Shown piece by piece: positions 1 to 8,473 of a stretch of 64,000 nt of DNA. The notes beneath the pieces were generated by a model. The model was not told the DNA's origin, searched no databases, and saw only the letters and a program-made list of their open reading frames with translations. Origin of the DNA: an uncultured Saprospiraceae bacterium. GTDB lineage: Bacteria; Bacteroidota; Bacteroidia; Chitinophagales; Saprospiraceae. A program made the position numbers and the translations under genes. Where the stretch lies: positions 26,494 to 90,493 of the forward strand of contig CAYYGN010000006.1 of assembly GCA_964471595.1 (NCBI GenBank). Direction: 5' to 3'. The number at the start of each line of letters is the position of its first letter. Position 1 is the first letter of the stretch.

Positions 1-1785
1 GACGGAGGCTTCATCAAAACGGGCGGTTTTCCACAGGGCCAGCCCCCATTCCATCCATGCGCGCGAATAGGAAGGATCATGGCGGGTAGCCGCTTCAAAG
101 TGGTGGATGGCCCTTTCGTAATTGCGGAGGGCAAACCAGCCGAGGCCGGCATTGAAATGGGCGAGGGCAAAAGCCGGCTCCCGCTCGAGCGCGCGTTCGC
201 ATTCGCGGATGCCATCTTCCGGCCGGCCTGTGGCGACCAGCAGTCCGCCGAGATTGGCGCGGGCCAATGTCCAGGTAGGGCTGTAGGCCAGCGCCTTCCG
301 AAAGCAGTATTCGCTGTCGGCGAGCCGGTTTTCCCGGCGGGCCAGCAGGCCCGTTTCGTTCCAGGCGTAGGCCGCTGTCGAATCCGAATCCAGCACCATG
401 TATTGCCATTCGCGGGCCTGGCGCAACAGGGAGGTGTCTCCGGTCCGTTCGGCTTCCAGGCGCAAATGAAGGCCGCGGAAGTAGGCTTCGCGTCGCCGGA
501 TTTCGGGATACAGAAAATGGCTGTTGCCCAGCAGGGTGGCCGAGCGATGCAGGTACTCCGGGTAAAGGGCATATCGCTGGTCGTGCGACCAACGCCTTTG
601 CAATTCGGCGGGGCTGGCGGCGAGATAGTCGTTGATGGCGCGTTGGGATTCATCCTGAAGGGCGGCGGCCAGGTCCAGTCGCATGGCGAGCCGGAAAGGC
701 GCCATACGCTCATGGGTGTGGATGCGCTGGTAGATATCCCAGGCGGAGGCACCTTCGGGCTGAAGCAGATGACCCTTGTGCAGGGCCTCCTCAAACCGGA
801 GATAAAGTTCCATGATCATGGAATCCGAATCCATGACGGACGGGATGCCTTTCTGGCGGACAGGTGTGTCGGGTGATTGATTCTTCTCTTTTTCACGGAG
901 GGCTCTCAGGTCGGCGAGGGCATCGGGGTCCACCCGGCTCATGGTCAGACCTTTGTCGCCGGTCACCAGGGGGATCTGGCTTCGTGGCGACACAGCAGCA
1001 GGGACATGATCCTCCAGATAGCGCTGCAATTCGAGCAGGGACACTTTGAGGTCTTCGTTGCGGTCGGCGAGGCCGGTGAGTCCGTCGAGGAGGTACCAGG
1101 TGAAGACGCCGTGGCCGCCACCCCATTGGATGCCCTCATTGCTGGACTCAGTGGGCTGGCAGGAGAGGACCTTGACTTCGCTGGCGTATTGGTCCACAAG
1201 GGCTTTGGCCGTGGCCTGAGTGCCGGCGTATTCCGATCCGGCCAGCGCTCCGGCGCGGCAGGCATCGGTGATGACGATGACCTGGGCCTGGTTTTTGGTG
1301 CTGAGGGTCCGGATGATGCCCTGGAGGATATGGAGCGGGAATCCCCCGATCATGTAATTGTTGGCCGGCATGTCATAAGCCAGGAGGTAACCGTTGTTGC
1401 TGATGGTCTGGTTTTCCATGTCGCCATGCCCGGAGAAATATAGAATGGCCGCATCTCCCGGTTTAGTGTTTTCCAGGAGCCAGGTATAGGCGCCGCCCAT
1501 GCGGGCAAAGGTGGCATCGGCATTGGTGAGCACCCGGATGTTGTCGGGAGGTACTTTTCCTCCGGCAGGGGACAACAGCCATTCGGCAAATGCCTCGGCA
1601 TCGCGGTGGGAAAACTGAAGGCGGGGTATGCGGCTGTCCTGGTACTCGGATACGCCGATGATGACCGCCCGGGTTTGGCCGGTGGGTTGGACGGGACGGA
1701 TCTGGGCCGCAACCGGTTGTAAAGACCACAGGCCCAACAAGCCGAAATAAAATGGCAGAGCGACAATTTTAATATTGAACCGCAT
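1..1785 (-). CDS. Exported caspase-like (peptidase C14) protease with TPR repeats, paralog 1. The C-terminus runs off the left window edge.
   Basis: Hand translation of the minus strand from the ATG at 1785 gives MRFNIKIVALPFYFGLLGLWSLQPVAAQ (signal peptide). It continues ...RAVIIGVSEYQD...FSHRDAEAF...LYFSGHGD (catalytic His)...VITDACRAG (catalytic Cys)...LSCQP...GIQWGGGHGVFTWYLL...DRNEDLKVSLLEL, then TPR-like helices. The frame stays open to base 1 (595 codons). It is absent from the ORF track because there is no stop inside the window. It is clearly paralogous to 2632..4875 and 6236..8473. Confidence 0.8.
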   Translation of the reverse strand, partial: MRFNIKIVALPFYFGLLGLWSLQPVAAQIRPVQPTGQTRAVIIGVSEYQDSRIPRLQFSHRDAEAFAEWLLSPAGGKVPPDNIRVLTNADATFARMGGAYTWLLENTKPGDAAILYFSGHGDMENQTISNNGYLLAYDMPANNYMIGGFPLHILQGIIRTLSTKNQAQVIVITDACRAGALAGSEYAGTQATAKALVDQYASEVKVLSCQPTESSNEGIQWGGGHGVFTWYLLDGLTGLADRNEDLKVSLLELQRYLEDHVPAAVSPRSQIPLVTGDKGLTMSRVDPDALADLRALREKEKNQSPDTPVRQKGIPSVMDSDSMIMELYLRFEEALHKGHLLQPEGASAWDIYQRIHTHERMAPFRLAMRLDLAAALQDESQRAINDYLAASPAELQRRWSHDQRYALYPEYLHRSATLLGNSHFLYPEIRRREAYFRGLHLRLEAERTGDTSLLRQAREWQYMVLDSDSTAAYAWNETGLLARRENRLADSEYCFRKALAYSPTWTLARANLGGLLVATGRPEDGIRECERALEREPAFALAHFNAGLGWFALRNYERAIHHFEAATRHDPSYSRAWMEWGLALWKTARFDEASV

Positions 1786-1926
1786 GATCTTGTTTCCGAA
1801 TTCGACAGGTGCCACCGGGATATGGTAATGGCACAAGGTAATGATTCCGGTCAAAGACCATCACGGCCCTGTCGCGTATCGTGGCCTGGCCGTGAAACAT
1901 GTATATTATTCCAAAGCAATTCCCTG

Positions 1927-2622
1927 TTATTGGGTATTGCCTGTGGAAAGTATCGAATCTCTGAGCCTTTCCCTGAACTCGTGATGGGTACCGTCCATTA
2001 CGACGTCAATGGTTCTGCCGGGGTTGATGGTCGTTGTCAACACTGGGTCCTCTGATTGGAGGGCTTGAATACCTAGATACCCTGTGCAATCCTGAGTGGG
2101 ATCCAGCAGCAAGGAAATTTGGAAGGCACCGTTCGAATTGGTTTCTGTCCTGACGGTTGTGCGGCGCATGTCAAAAACTGTTCTCCCTGCCAGCGGATTC
2201 CGTGAAGCATCCACCAATCTTCCCGAGAACATTGCAGTATCTCCCTCCTGGCAGGTTTCTATGTGAAGTGTCTGCATATCATTGCCATAAATGGCGGCCA
2301 TAACTTCAGTCGGGGCGTCGTGGATTTGGACTTTAATCGTATCGCCAAGTTCGCTTAAAATGAATTGGATGCGCTCATTTTGCAGGATATCCAGCACGAG
2401 GGGATTCCCCTTTTTGATTTTCAAGTGGCCGTAAAAAAACGGATTGTCATCGACAAAGCGATTGACTTGAACATCCGAAAATTCGCCATCGCCCTGCAGA
2501 AACCAAAACTGGGTGCCGGCATAATATACCGTGGCAGGCTTGTCGGGTTCACTGACTTTTTCCTTGCAGGATGAAACAATGACCATCAAAGTCAGAAGCG
2601 AGATAAAAAGTGCGTTTTTCAT
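1927..2622 (-). CDS. Lipoprotein with a CarboxypepD_reg-like beta-sandwich segment (partner lipoprotein L1)
   Basis: The N-terminus MKNALFISLLTLMVIVSSC is a signal peptide plus lipobox Cys. The segment GRLVDASRNPLAGRTVFDMRRTTVRTETNSNGAFQISL fits the carboxypeptidase-regulatory-like pattern. The C-terminal motif is IDVVMDGT. It starts 9 nt downstream of the caspase-TPR gene 2632..4875. Confidence 0.6.
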   Translation of the reverse strand: MKNALFISLLTLMVIVSSCKEKVSEPDKPATVYYAGTQFWFLQGDGEFSDVQVNRFVDDNPFFYGHLKIKKGNPLVLDILQNERIQFILSELGDTIKVQIHDAPTEVMAAIYGNDMQTLHIETCQEGDTAMFSGRLVDASRNPLAGRTVFDMRRTTVRTETNSNGAFQISLLLDPTQDCTGYLGIQALQSEDPVLTTTINPGRTIDVVMDGTHHEFRERLRDSILSTGNTQ

Positions 2623-2631
2623 AAGTAAGAT

Positions 2632-4875
2632 TTATTTGTTTTCTAATTGAAATTGTTCGGCTTTTTCCCGAAATGCCGGCTTTTCGAACAGCCAGGAGCG
2701 GAGAGGTTCGCATTCGCACTCGGTCATTTTAACATTGATTGATTGTAGGGCTATTGTTAACTGGGCCATAGCTTCCTTCTCATTATTTTCAAAGGATGCT
2801 TTGCAGGCACGAAAATATGGAGCAAAATAGGCGTCCGGCGCCAGCGTTTCCAACAAAGTGCATTGTTCCTCCAAATCGGTCCAACTTCCGGTTTTAAAAT
2901 ACAAATCGGCCATTCTGTAGCGAAGAGAAACATGCCGGGGGTCCTTTTCTGCCGCCGTCAGGTAGGCGGCTTCAGCAGCATCGTAGAGCTCCTTCTGGAC
3001 AAATAGATACCCCAGCATGAAATAACCCGTAAATTGGTCGGGCTGCATGACCAGAGAGGTTTCGAAAGCGGTTTGGGCTTCGTCAAGGCGGCCGAGATTC
3101 TGAAGGCAGGCGCCGATGTTCAGCCAGGCCAGGTGGTCATCCGGTTGGGATTGCAGGGCCTGGTAATAAACGGCCATGGCCTCCTCCCATTGTTCCCTGA
3201 AGTAAAGCAGGCTTGCCTTGGCCTTTAGGGTGAAATTGTGGGTGGCATCAATGGCCAATGCCTGGTCAATAACCACGGACGCTTCATCAAAACGTTTGAA
3301 CTGCCGCGACAAATAATACCCCCACCACGCATGCGGCGCCAGCCACCCGGGGTCCATGTCCACCGCCTTGTGGTAATAAAATTGGGCGGAATCATATTCT
3401 ATGACCCGGAAGGCATAAATATCCATTAAAAAAAAGGCGGCAACGGCATTATCCGGTTCTTGGTCCAAAGAGGCTTGAAGGTGGTGGATGATGGGCTTGA
3501 TGGTGGCCCAATCCCGCTGGGTTCTGGCGGCATAATTCAAACGCAATCCCTGAAAGAGGTGGAGACGGGCCAGCAAGGTGCGAGTGCGGGGATCATGGGG
3601 GCCGAGCAATTCGGCGGCTCGTTCGAGGTAGGCGGGATATCCGGCAAATTGCTCTTTGAGCAAAGGGGCGGAGCGGGAAAGTTGCTGGATGTCTAGTTGC
3701 AGGTATTGATTCAGAGCATGCTGGGCGTCCATCTGGAGATGGGCGACAAGATCCCGCTGCAGATCGGCATGGATGGCGGCCAGGGAGGAGTCCTGCACCA
3801 GCAGATTGTAATAATGGTCGGCACAGTCGCCCGCAGGATGCAGCAGGCGTTTTTCCTCCAATGCGGTTCGGAAAGCCCTGTACAGGTCGAGCGTGACGGA
3901 ATCGGTGCCGGCCAGGAGCCGATCGTATTTGTTGGACCTCGGCAAGGCCGGCAGGATGGTCATGAGCTCCCTTCCTTTTTCGCGGTTCAACCGGGCGAGG
4001 GTAGGACCATGAATGCGGCCGATGATGCGGGTTTCGTCGCCCCGGACAAGCGGTACCTGTCGCACCGGCATCATGTCGCGGGACACCTCCTGTTTGACAT
4101 GGGCGGCCAATTCGTACAGGGAAATGAGTTCGTCCCCGTTCTGGTCGGCCAGCCCGAGAAGGCCCTCCAGCAGGTGCCAGGTAAAAGCGCCCTGCCCCCC
4201 TCCCCATTGCGGACCCTCGTGACTCAGTTCATGCGGCTGGCAGGACAGGATCTTGAGCTCGTGGGTGTACTGGCGGGCGAGGTCGTCGCCAAAGACACGG
4301 ATGCCGGCGTTGTCCTGGAGGCCGCCACTGCGGCAGGCGTCGGCGATGAAAAGGACCTCGCCTCCTTTTTCCACCGACATGGTGGTGATGGCCTCCTGCA
4401 GGGCGGAGAGGGCCAGGGCCCCCGACATGCTGTATTTGCGAACGACGGCGTCGGTGCACAGGAGATAGCCGGCGCGGGAGCCACCGGACTGTGCGTCGCC
4501 ATGCCCGGAAAAGAACAGGATGGCCCTCTCCCCGGGTCCTGTCTCCTCCTGGATCCAGTCGAGGGCAGCGACCACGTTGCCGTGAGTGGCATCGCCATTG
4601 AGCAGGAGGCGCAGGTGTTCGGCGGGGATTGCTCCTCCTGCCTCCGACAGGAGATAGGCCGCAAAAGCTTCTGCATCGCGATGGGCAAAGCGGAGATCTC
4701 CGAGGGTGGTATCCCGGTATTCGGAGATGCCGACGACGACGGCCCGGGTGACCGGAGGCGTGAAAGCGGGCCGGATCTGCGCCGCGAGGGACCCTGCCAT
4801 CATGACCAGTCCCGTCGCCATCAGGACGATCCGGCAGCCGATGAACGGCACGATGCGTCGGAGAGGGTGGGACAT
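2632..4875 (-). CDS. Exported caspase-like (peptidase C14) protease with C-terminal TPR repeats, paralog 2
   Basis: 747 aa ORF. Hydrophobic N-terminus ending ...SLAAQ. C14 motifs: RAVVVGISEYRD, FAHRDAEAF, FFSGHGD (His), FIADACRSGG (Cys), LSCQP..EGPQWGGGQGAFTWHLL. EF-hand-like loop DQNGDELISLYEL. The C-terminal half is TPR-like, e.g. AWLNIGACLQNLGRLDEAQTAFETSL and AEAAYLTAAEKDP. Confidence 0.85.
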   Translation of the reverse strand: MSHPLRRIVPFIGCRIVLMATGLVMMAGSLAAQIRPAFTPPVTRAVVVGISEYRDTTLGDLRFAHRDAEAFAAYLLSEAGGAIPAEHLRLLLNGDATHGNVVAALDWIQEETGPGERAILFFSGHGDAQSGGSRAGYLLCTDAVVRKYSMSGALALSALQEAITTMSVEKGGEVLFIADACRSGGLQDNAGIRVFGDDLARQYTHELKILSCQPHELSHEGPQWGGGQGAFTWHLLEGLLGLADQNGDELISLYELAAHVKQEVSRDMMPVRQVPLVRGDETRIIGRIHGPTLARLNREKGRELMTILPALPRSNKYDRLLAGTDSVTLDLYRAFRTALEEKRLLHPAGDCADHYYNLLVQDSSLAAIHADLQRDLVAHLQMDAQHALNQYLQLDIQQLSRSAPLLKEQFAGYPAYLERAAELLGPHDPRTRTLLARLHLFQGLRLNYAARTQRDWATIKPIIHHLQASLDQEPDNAVAAFFLMDIYAFRVIEYDSAQFYYHKAVDMDPGWLAPHAWWGYYLSRQFKRFDEASVVIDQALAIDATHNFTLKAKASLLYFREQWEEAMAVYYQALQSQPDDHLAWLNIGACLQNLGRLDEAQTAFETSLVMQPDQFTGYFMLGYLFVQKELYDAAEAAYLTAAEKDPRHVSLRYRMADLYFKTGSWTDLEEQCTLLETLAPDAYFAPYFRACKASFENNEKEAMAQLTIALQSINVKMTECECEPLRSWLFEKPAFREKAEQFQLENK

Positions 4876-4890
4876 GGCGGATTCAGGAAT

Positions 4891-5547
4891 TCAATCGAGC
4901 TTATTGTCCTTTTGACTGCCATCCAGAAATACGTCGAGTTCAATGTCACTGGGACTATTCGATGATAGCAGAATTCTTACGGTATACTCTCCTGGATTCC
5001 AAAAGCGCAAGTCCTTTGAACAATTATTTGAGGACGTGTCGTCAGGTATGTGTAATGAATAGGAATAAACGCTATCCCTAGAAGTTGTATCCCTGCGTTG
5101 GGCAGTCCCAAAATAACTGATCGTTACCGGACCATCGGTGTCTCTAGCCGTACCCCTTAATCTCTTTTGCATGTTATTGCAAGTAGTATTTGAAGACCTT
5201 TGTTGTAGCCTTGTAACCATTGAATCAATTCTACTATGACTATCCATGAATTTGATGGATACGGATGTGTGATTAGAGGCCTGGAAGGTTACTTTGTCAT
5301 CTTCGGCGATAGTTAGTTTTACAGTATCTCTTGATCTTTTAGATCCGGACCTCAATTGCATATTTTCTCTAGTGTGGTTAAATTCATAATTGGAATTATC
5401 TTGCGTGAGGGCAGATAAAACGATCGTTTTTGTGTTTAAAATTGCTGGAGACTCCGTCCCTGCATCGGGGGGTGTGGGCGTCTCTTTTTTCTTGCATTGA
5501 CTCATCAGAAGGATGGAAGCAAGCGCCAAGTAGATCGCATTTTTCAT
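4891..5547 (-). CDS. Lipoprotein, Ser/Thr/Asn-rich (partner lipoprotein L2)
   Basis: The N-terminus MKNAIYLALASILLMSQC is a signal peptide plus lipobox. The C-terminal motif LDVFLDGS is shared with L3. The DNA is visibly AT-richer than the flanking genes. The gene ends 15 nt upstream of the paralog 2 start. Confidence 0.55.
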   Translation of the reverse strand: MKNAIYLALASILLMSQCKKKETPTPPDAGTESPAILNTKTIVLSALTQDNSNYEFNHTRENMQLRSGSKRSRDTVKLTIAEDDKVTFQASNHTSVSIKFMDSHSRIDSMVTRLQQRSSNTTCNNMQKRLRGTARDTDGPVTISYFGTAQRRDTTSRDSVYSYSLHIPDDTSSNNCSKDLRFWNPGEYTVRILLSSNSPSDIELDVFLDGSQKDNKLD

Positions 5548-5582
5548 ATTGTCGGAATTTTTTGTTGGTGAGATATTTTGAT

Positions 5583-6224
5583 TTATTTAGGGTCAATCAT
5601 GTCCGTGCTGTCATCCAGAAACACATCGAAGAGCGTGTCCGTATCCCCGTTTTTGACGAGGGTCATCTGCATGCGGTAAGTCCTGGATGAGGTTTTGGTG
5701 ATGGGAGTAGCCTGGCTTTGATCGTGAAGTACAGCATAGGAACGGTTGAAGGCGCCAGAGTCATCGGTAAATGCCTGTCGGTCCTTGACCTCGATGACAC
5801 CGTTTTCAATGGGGGCTTCATTTTCGATGTACAATTTTCCTTCCAGCTTTCTCCCTCCATCATGGCACGTTTTATTCGGCCAAAGCAGGTGATCCAGACT
5901 GATGCGCAGGGTGTGGAGTTGGGTTAATCCGGCATTAATCCGGAAGCGTGTTTCCCGGTAATAATTTCCGGCATCCAGGGTGTACATCGTCCCTTCCTCC
6001 CAAAATACCGGCTCTGTCGTTATGATGCTGGGTTCATGGTCACCTGTTGCCAGCGTGGCATTGGATAATAGGTCACCACCCGGATTGGTCACCTCCAGTA
6101 CGATTTCTTTCCGGTACACCAGGGCTGTGTTTTGCCCGTCTCTTCCCGGCCAGGGAGCGAGGCAGCCGGACATCAGAAGGGTCAGAGGCGAGATGAACAT
6201 GAGTTTGCGCGCAAAGGAAGGCAT
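5583..6224 (-). CDS. Lipoprotein with a CarboxypepD_reg-like segment (partner lipoprotein L3)
   Basis: The N-terminus ...ISPLTLLMSGC is a lipobox. The segment GKLYIENEAPIENGVIEVKDRQAFTDDSGAFNRSY fits the carboxypeptidase-regulatory-like pattern. The C-terminal motif is FDVFLDDS. It starts 11 nt after the paralog 3 stop. Confidence 0.6.
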   Translation of the reverse strand: MPSFARKLMFISPLTLLMSGCLAPWPGRDGQNTALVYRKEIVLEVTNPGGDLLSNATLATGDHEPSIITTEPVFWEEGTMYTLDAGNYYRETRFRINAGLTQLHTLRISLDHLLWPNKTCHDGGRKLEGKLYIENEAPIENGVIEVKDRQAFTDDSGAFNRSYAVLHDQSQATPITKTSSRTYRMQMTLVKNGDTDTLFDVFLDDSTDMIDPK

Positions 6225-6235
6225 TGGCTTGTCTT

Positions 6236-8473
6236 TTATTTGAAGTGTTCGGATAGCAGGTTTTGAAATTCCTGCCGGGACAGGCAGGTCGCCAGGTTCT
6301 TTTTTTCATCCAGTATTTGCCGGTCGTTCAGTCCTGCGGCCATGGCCTGTTGCAAATGGGCGAGTGCCGGCTCCCACTGTTCCTGCAGAGCCGCCAAATA
6401 GAATTTGTAATACGAAATAAAATATCCACCCGGGGAGACCTGTTTTTCCATCTCCCACACCAGGGGTTGGGCCTGCACCCACTGTCCGGTTTCCAGATAA
6501 TAATCTATCAGATGAAGGTAGGGTTCAAGGCGTTTGGGGTCGATTTCCATGACCTTCCGGCAGTGGGGTTCCCCCTCATCCCAACGGCCCGATTTGACAT
6601 AGAGTTTGCAAAGGCCGAGGTGTGCCGGCACCTGCCGGTCCTTCATAGCCAGAGATTGCCGCAGAGCCTTCTCCGCTTCGACGGGATTTTGGAGGATGAT
6701 CCAGGCATAACCAATATTGGCGTGCAGGATGTAATCCTCCGGATCCAGGAGCAGGGCGTTTTGGTAGCCTTTGATGGCGGCGTGAAAATCGCGGATCCGG
6801 TAATGGTAATTGGCCATCGCCTTGGCGTGAAAGGCGTTACGGGAATCGCACTGATGCCCTGCGTCCAGCACCTGCCATGCCTCCTCCCGGTGGTCCGCTA
6901 CCTTGCTCAGGCATTCGCCGAAAAACGTATAGGGCATCACCCAATCCGGGTAGAGGCGGGTCACTGTTTGAAAATAATACCGGGCGGTGTCCACCATGAC
7001 CGGTTTTGTCCTTGAGCAGGCGGCTTCCATCAGATAAAAAAGAGCCAGTCGGTTTTCGGGATCGTGTGCCAGGACTTCCTGCAGGAGGGGCGCTATGGCG
7101 CCGTAGTGTTCCGGTCCTTTCTGCCCAAGGGATTCGAGATAGGCGAGGATGCCCCGGAAAAGATTTTTCCTGGTTTCCAATTCGCGGGTCAGTGCATGGC
7201 GGGCGCCCAGCACTTCCATCGCTTTGTCCAGGCGGGGAATGTAGAGCGCGTATTCGCGGATGCGCTCATCCCCGGGTTTGTTGAGCTCTTCTCCTTCCAC
7301 GAGGATCAATTGGCGCATCATCTGCTGGGCGTCTTCCTGGAGGGCGATCGCATATTCCCGGCGGAGGAAAGGGTGGATATCGGCCAGGGCACTTTCCTCC
7401 AGCAGCAACCGGAAATAATGGTCGGCGCAATCGTTGGCGGGTTCGGAGAAAGCTTTATCACGGAGGGCCTTGAAAAACAGCCGGTAATTGTCCAGGTGGG
7501 AGGAATCCACCCGGGCGATCAGGGCTTCCTCTTTCCGGCTTTTGGCATGGGTGGAGAGCAGAAGTTGTACCGGAGGCTTTTCGATCGTGCCCGCCAGAGA
7601 TGGGGAGGAGGGATCGATGAAGGCGATGGCCTGATCTTCTTCCTTGGCCGTGATGACGGGGTGCTGCCGGAGAGGGGCCAGGTCTTCATTGATGGCATCG
7701 TGCAGATAGCGCCTCAATTCGGAAGCCGTCACCACATCATCCTGGTTGTGGTCGGCCATGCCGGTCAAACCTTTGATGAGGTAGTGCGTGAATACGCCTT
7801 GTCCCCCGTTCCATTGGGGGCCTTCCTGGCTGAACTGATCGGGTTTGCAGGACAGGAGTTTGATCTCGTTGGTCGCCTGGCGCTGCAGGCCTTCACGGCC
7901 GAGGGCGCCTTCGTCGTCAATCCGCGCATCACCGAGTTTGCCGGCGCGACAGGCATCCAGGATGACGATAACCCGTGCTCCGATCTCGCTGGACAGGGTG
8001 GTGATCTCTTCCTGGAGATCCCGCAGCTTGATGGCGCCGCCCAGGGAGTAGGACTGGTCGGTGGCGTCATGGAGCAAAAGATACTCGGGCCGGGACACGG
8101 TTTTGCCCACATCGCCATGGCCGCTAAAGTAAAGGATGACCTGATCGCCCGCCCGGGATTGTTGGCGGAGCCAGTCCAGCATGGTGCGAAAACGCGCTTC
8201 GGTCGCATCGCCATTGGTCAGCAGTTGGATGTTTTCCGGTGCCACCTGTCCGAGGGCACCGGCCTCGAGCATCCGGACGAACAACGCCGCATCGCGATGG
8301 GCATACCGGAGATGGCCTACCCGGGGATCCTGATATTCGGAGATGCCGACGACGAGAGCCCGCGTCACTCCTTTTGGACGGATGGGCTGTACCTGTGCAT
8401 CCGCCCGGCAACAAGCGGCCAGCAGCCCTGTGAGGAGCAGATGCAGGATCTGTAAGGCAGGGCGCCGGGCCAT
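6236..8473 (-). CDS. Exported caspase-like (peptidase C14) protease with C-terminal TPR repeats, paralog 3
   Basis: The track ORF is 6236..8557. I place the start at the internal Met at 8473 (MARRPALQILHLLLTGLLAACCRADAQ, signal-like). Motifs: RALVVGISEYQD, YAHRDAALF, LYFSGHGD, VILDACRAGK, LSCKP..EGPQWNGGQGVFTHYLI. EF-hand-like loop DHNQDDVVTASEL. The C-terminal half is TPR-like. Confidence 0.85.
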   Translation of the reverse strand: MARRPALQILHLLLTGLLAACCRADAQVQPIRPKGVTRALVVGISEYQDPRVGHLRYAHRDAALFVRMLEAGALGQVAPENIQLLTNGDATEARFRTMLDWLRQQSRAGDQVILYFSGHGDVGKTVSRPEYLLLHDATDQSYSLGGAIKLRDLQEEITTLSSEIGARVIVILDACRAGKLGDARIDDEGALGREGLQRQATNEIKLLSCKPDQFSQEGPQWNGGQGVFTHYLIKGLTGMADHNQDDVVTASELRRYLHDAINEDLAPLRQHPVITAKEEDQAIAFIDPSSPSLAGTIEKPPVQLLLSTHAKSRKEEALIARVDSSHLDNYRLFFKALRDKAFSEPANDCADHYFRLLLEESALADIHPFLRREYAIALQEDAQQMMRQLILVEGEELNKPGDERIREYALYIPRLDKAMEVLGARHALTRELETRKNLFRGILAYLESLGQKGPEHYGAIAPLLQEVLAHDPENRLALFYLMEAACSRTKPVMVDTARYYFQTVTRLYPDWVMPYTFFGECLSKVADHREEAWQVLDAGHQCDSRNAFHAKAMANYHYRIRDFHAAIKGYQNALLLDPEDYILHANIGYAWIILQNPVEAEKALRQSLAMKDRQVPAHLGLCKLYVKSGRWDEGEPHCRKVMEIDPKRLEPYLHLIDYYLETGQWVQAQPLVWEMEKQVSPGGYFISYYKFYLAALQEQWEPALAHLQQAMAAGLNDRQILDEKKNLATCLSRQEFQNLLSEHFK

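Noticed and set aside
79-876. 265-aa plus-strand ORF, and other short ORFs in 79-1766
   Set aside because: They lie antisense to, or out of frame with, the clear caspase-TPR paralog encoded on the minus strand (1785-><1). Their A/G/R/P-rich composition is typical of shadow frames in GC-rich DNA.
3697-4965. Long antisense ORFs opposite well-supported genes. Examples: 3697..4965 +, 7064..8455 +, 14374..15876 +, 16943..18472 +, 22346..23482 +, 58190..59464 -, 46597..47574 -, 47813..48847 -, 61586..63310 +, 19577..20635 -.
   Set aside because: In each case the opposite strand encodes a protein with recognisable catalytic or domain motifs. These frames are G/R/P/A/D-rich with no motifs, which is the expected shadow-ORF artefact of high GC.
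1927-6224. The small proteins next to the caspase-like proteases might be bacterial gasdermins
   Set aside because: All three have classical signal peptides with lipobox cysteines, and two have CarboxypepD_reg-like beta-sandwich segments. Known bacterial gasdermins are cytoplasmic, lack signal peptides and have a different fold. Only the protease-plus-small-partner logic is analogous.
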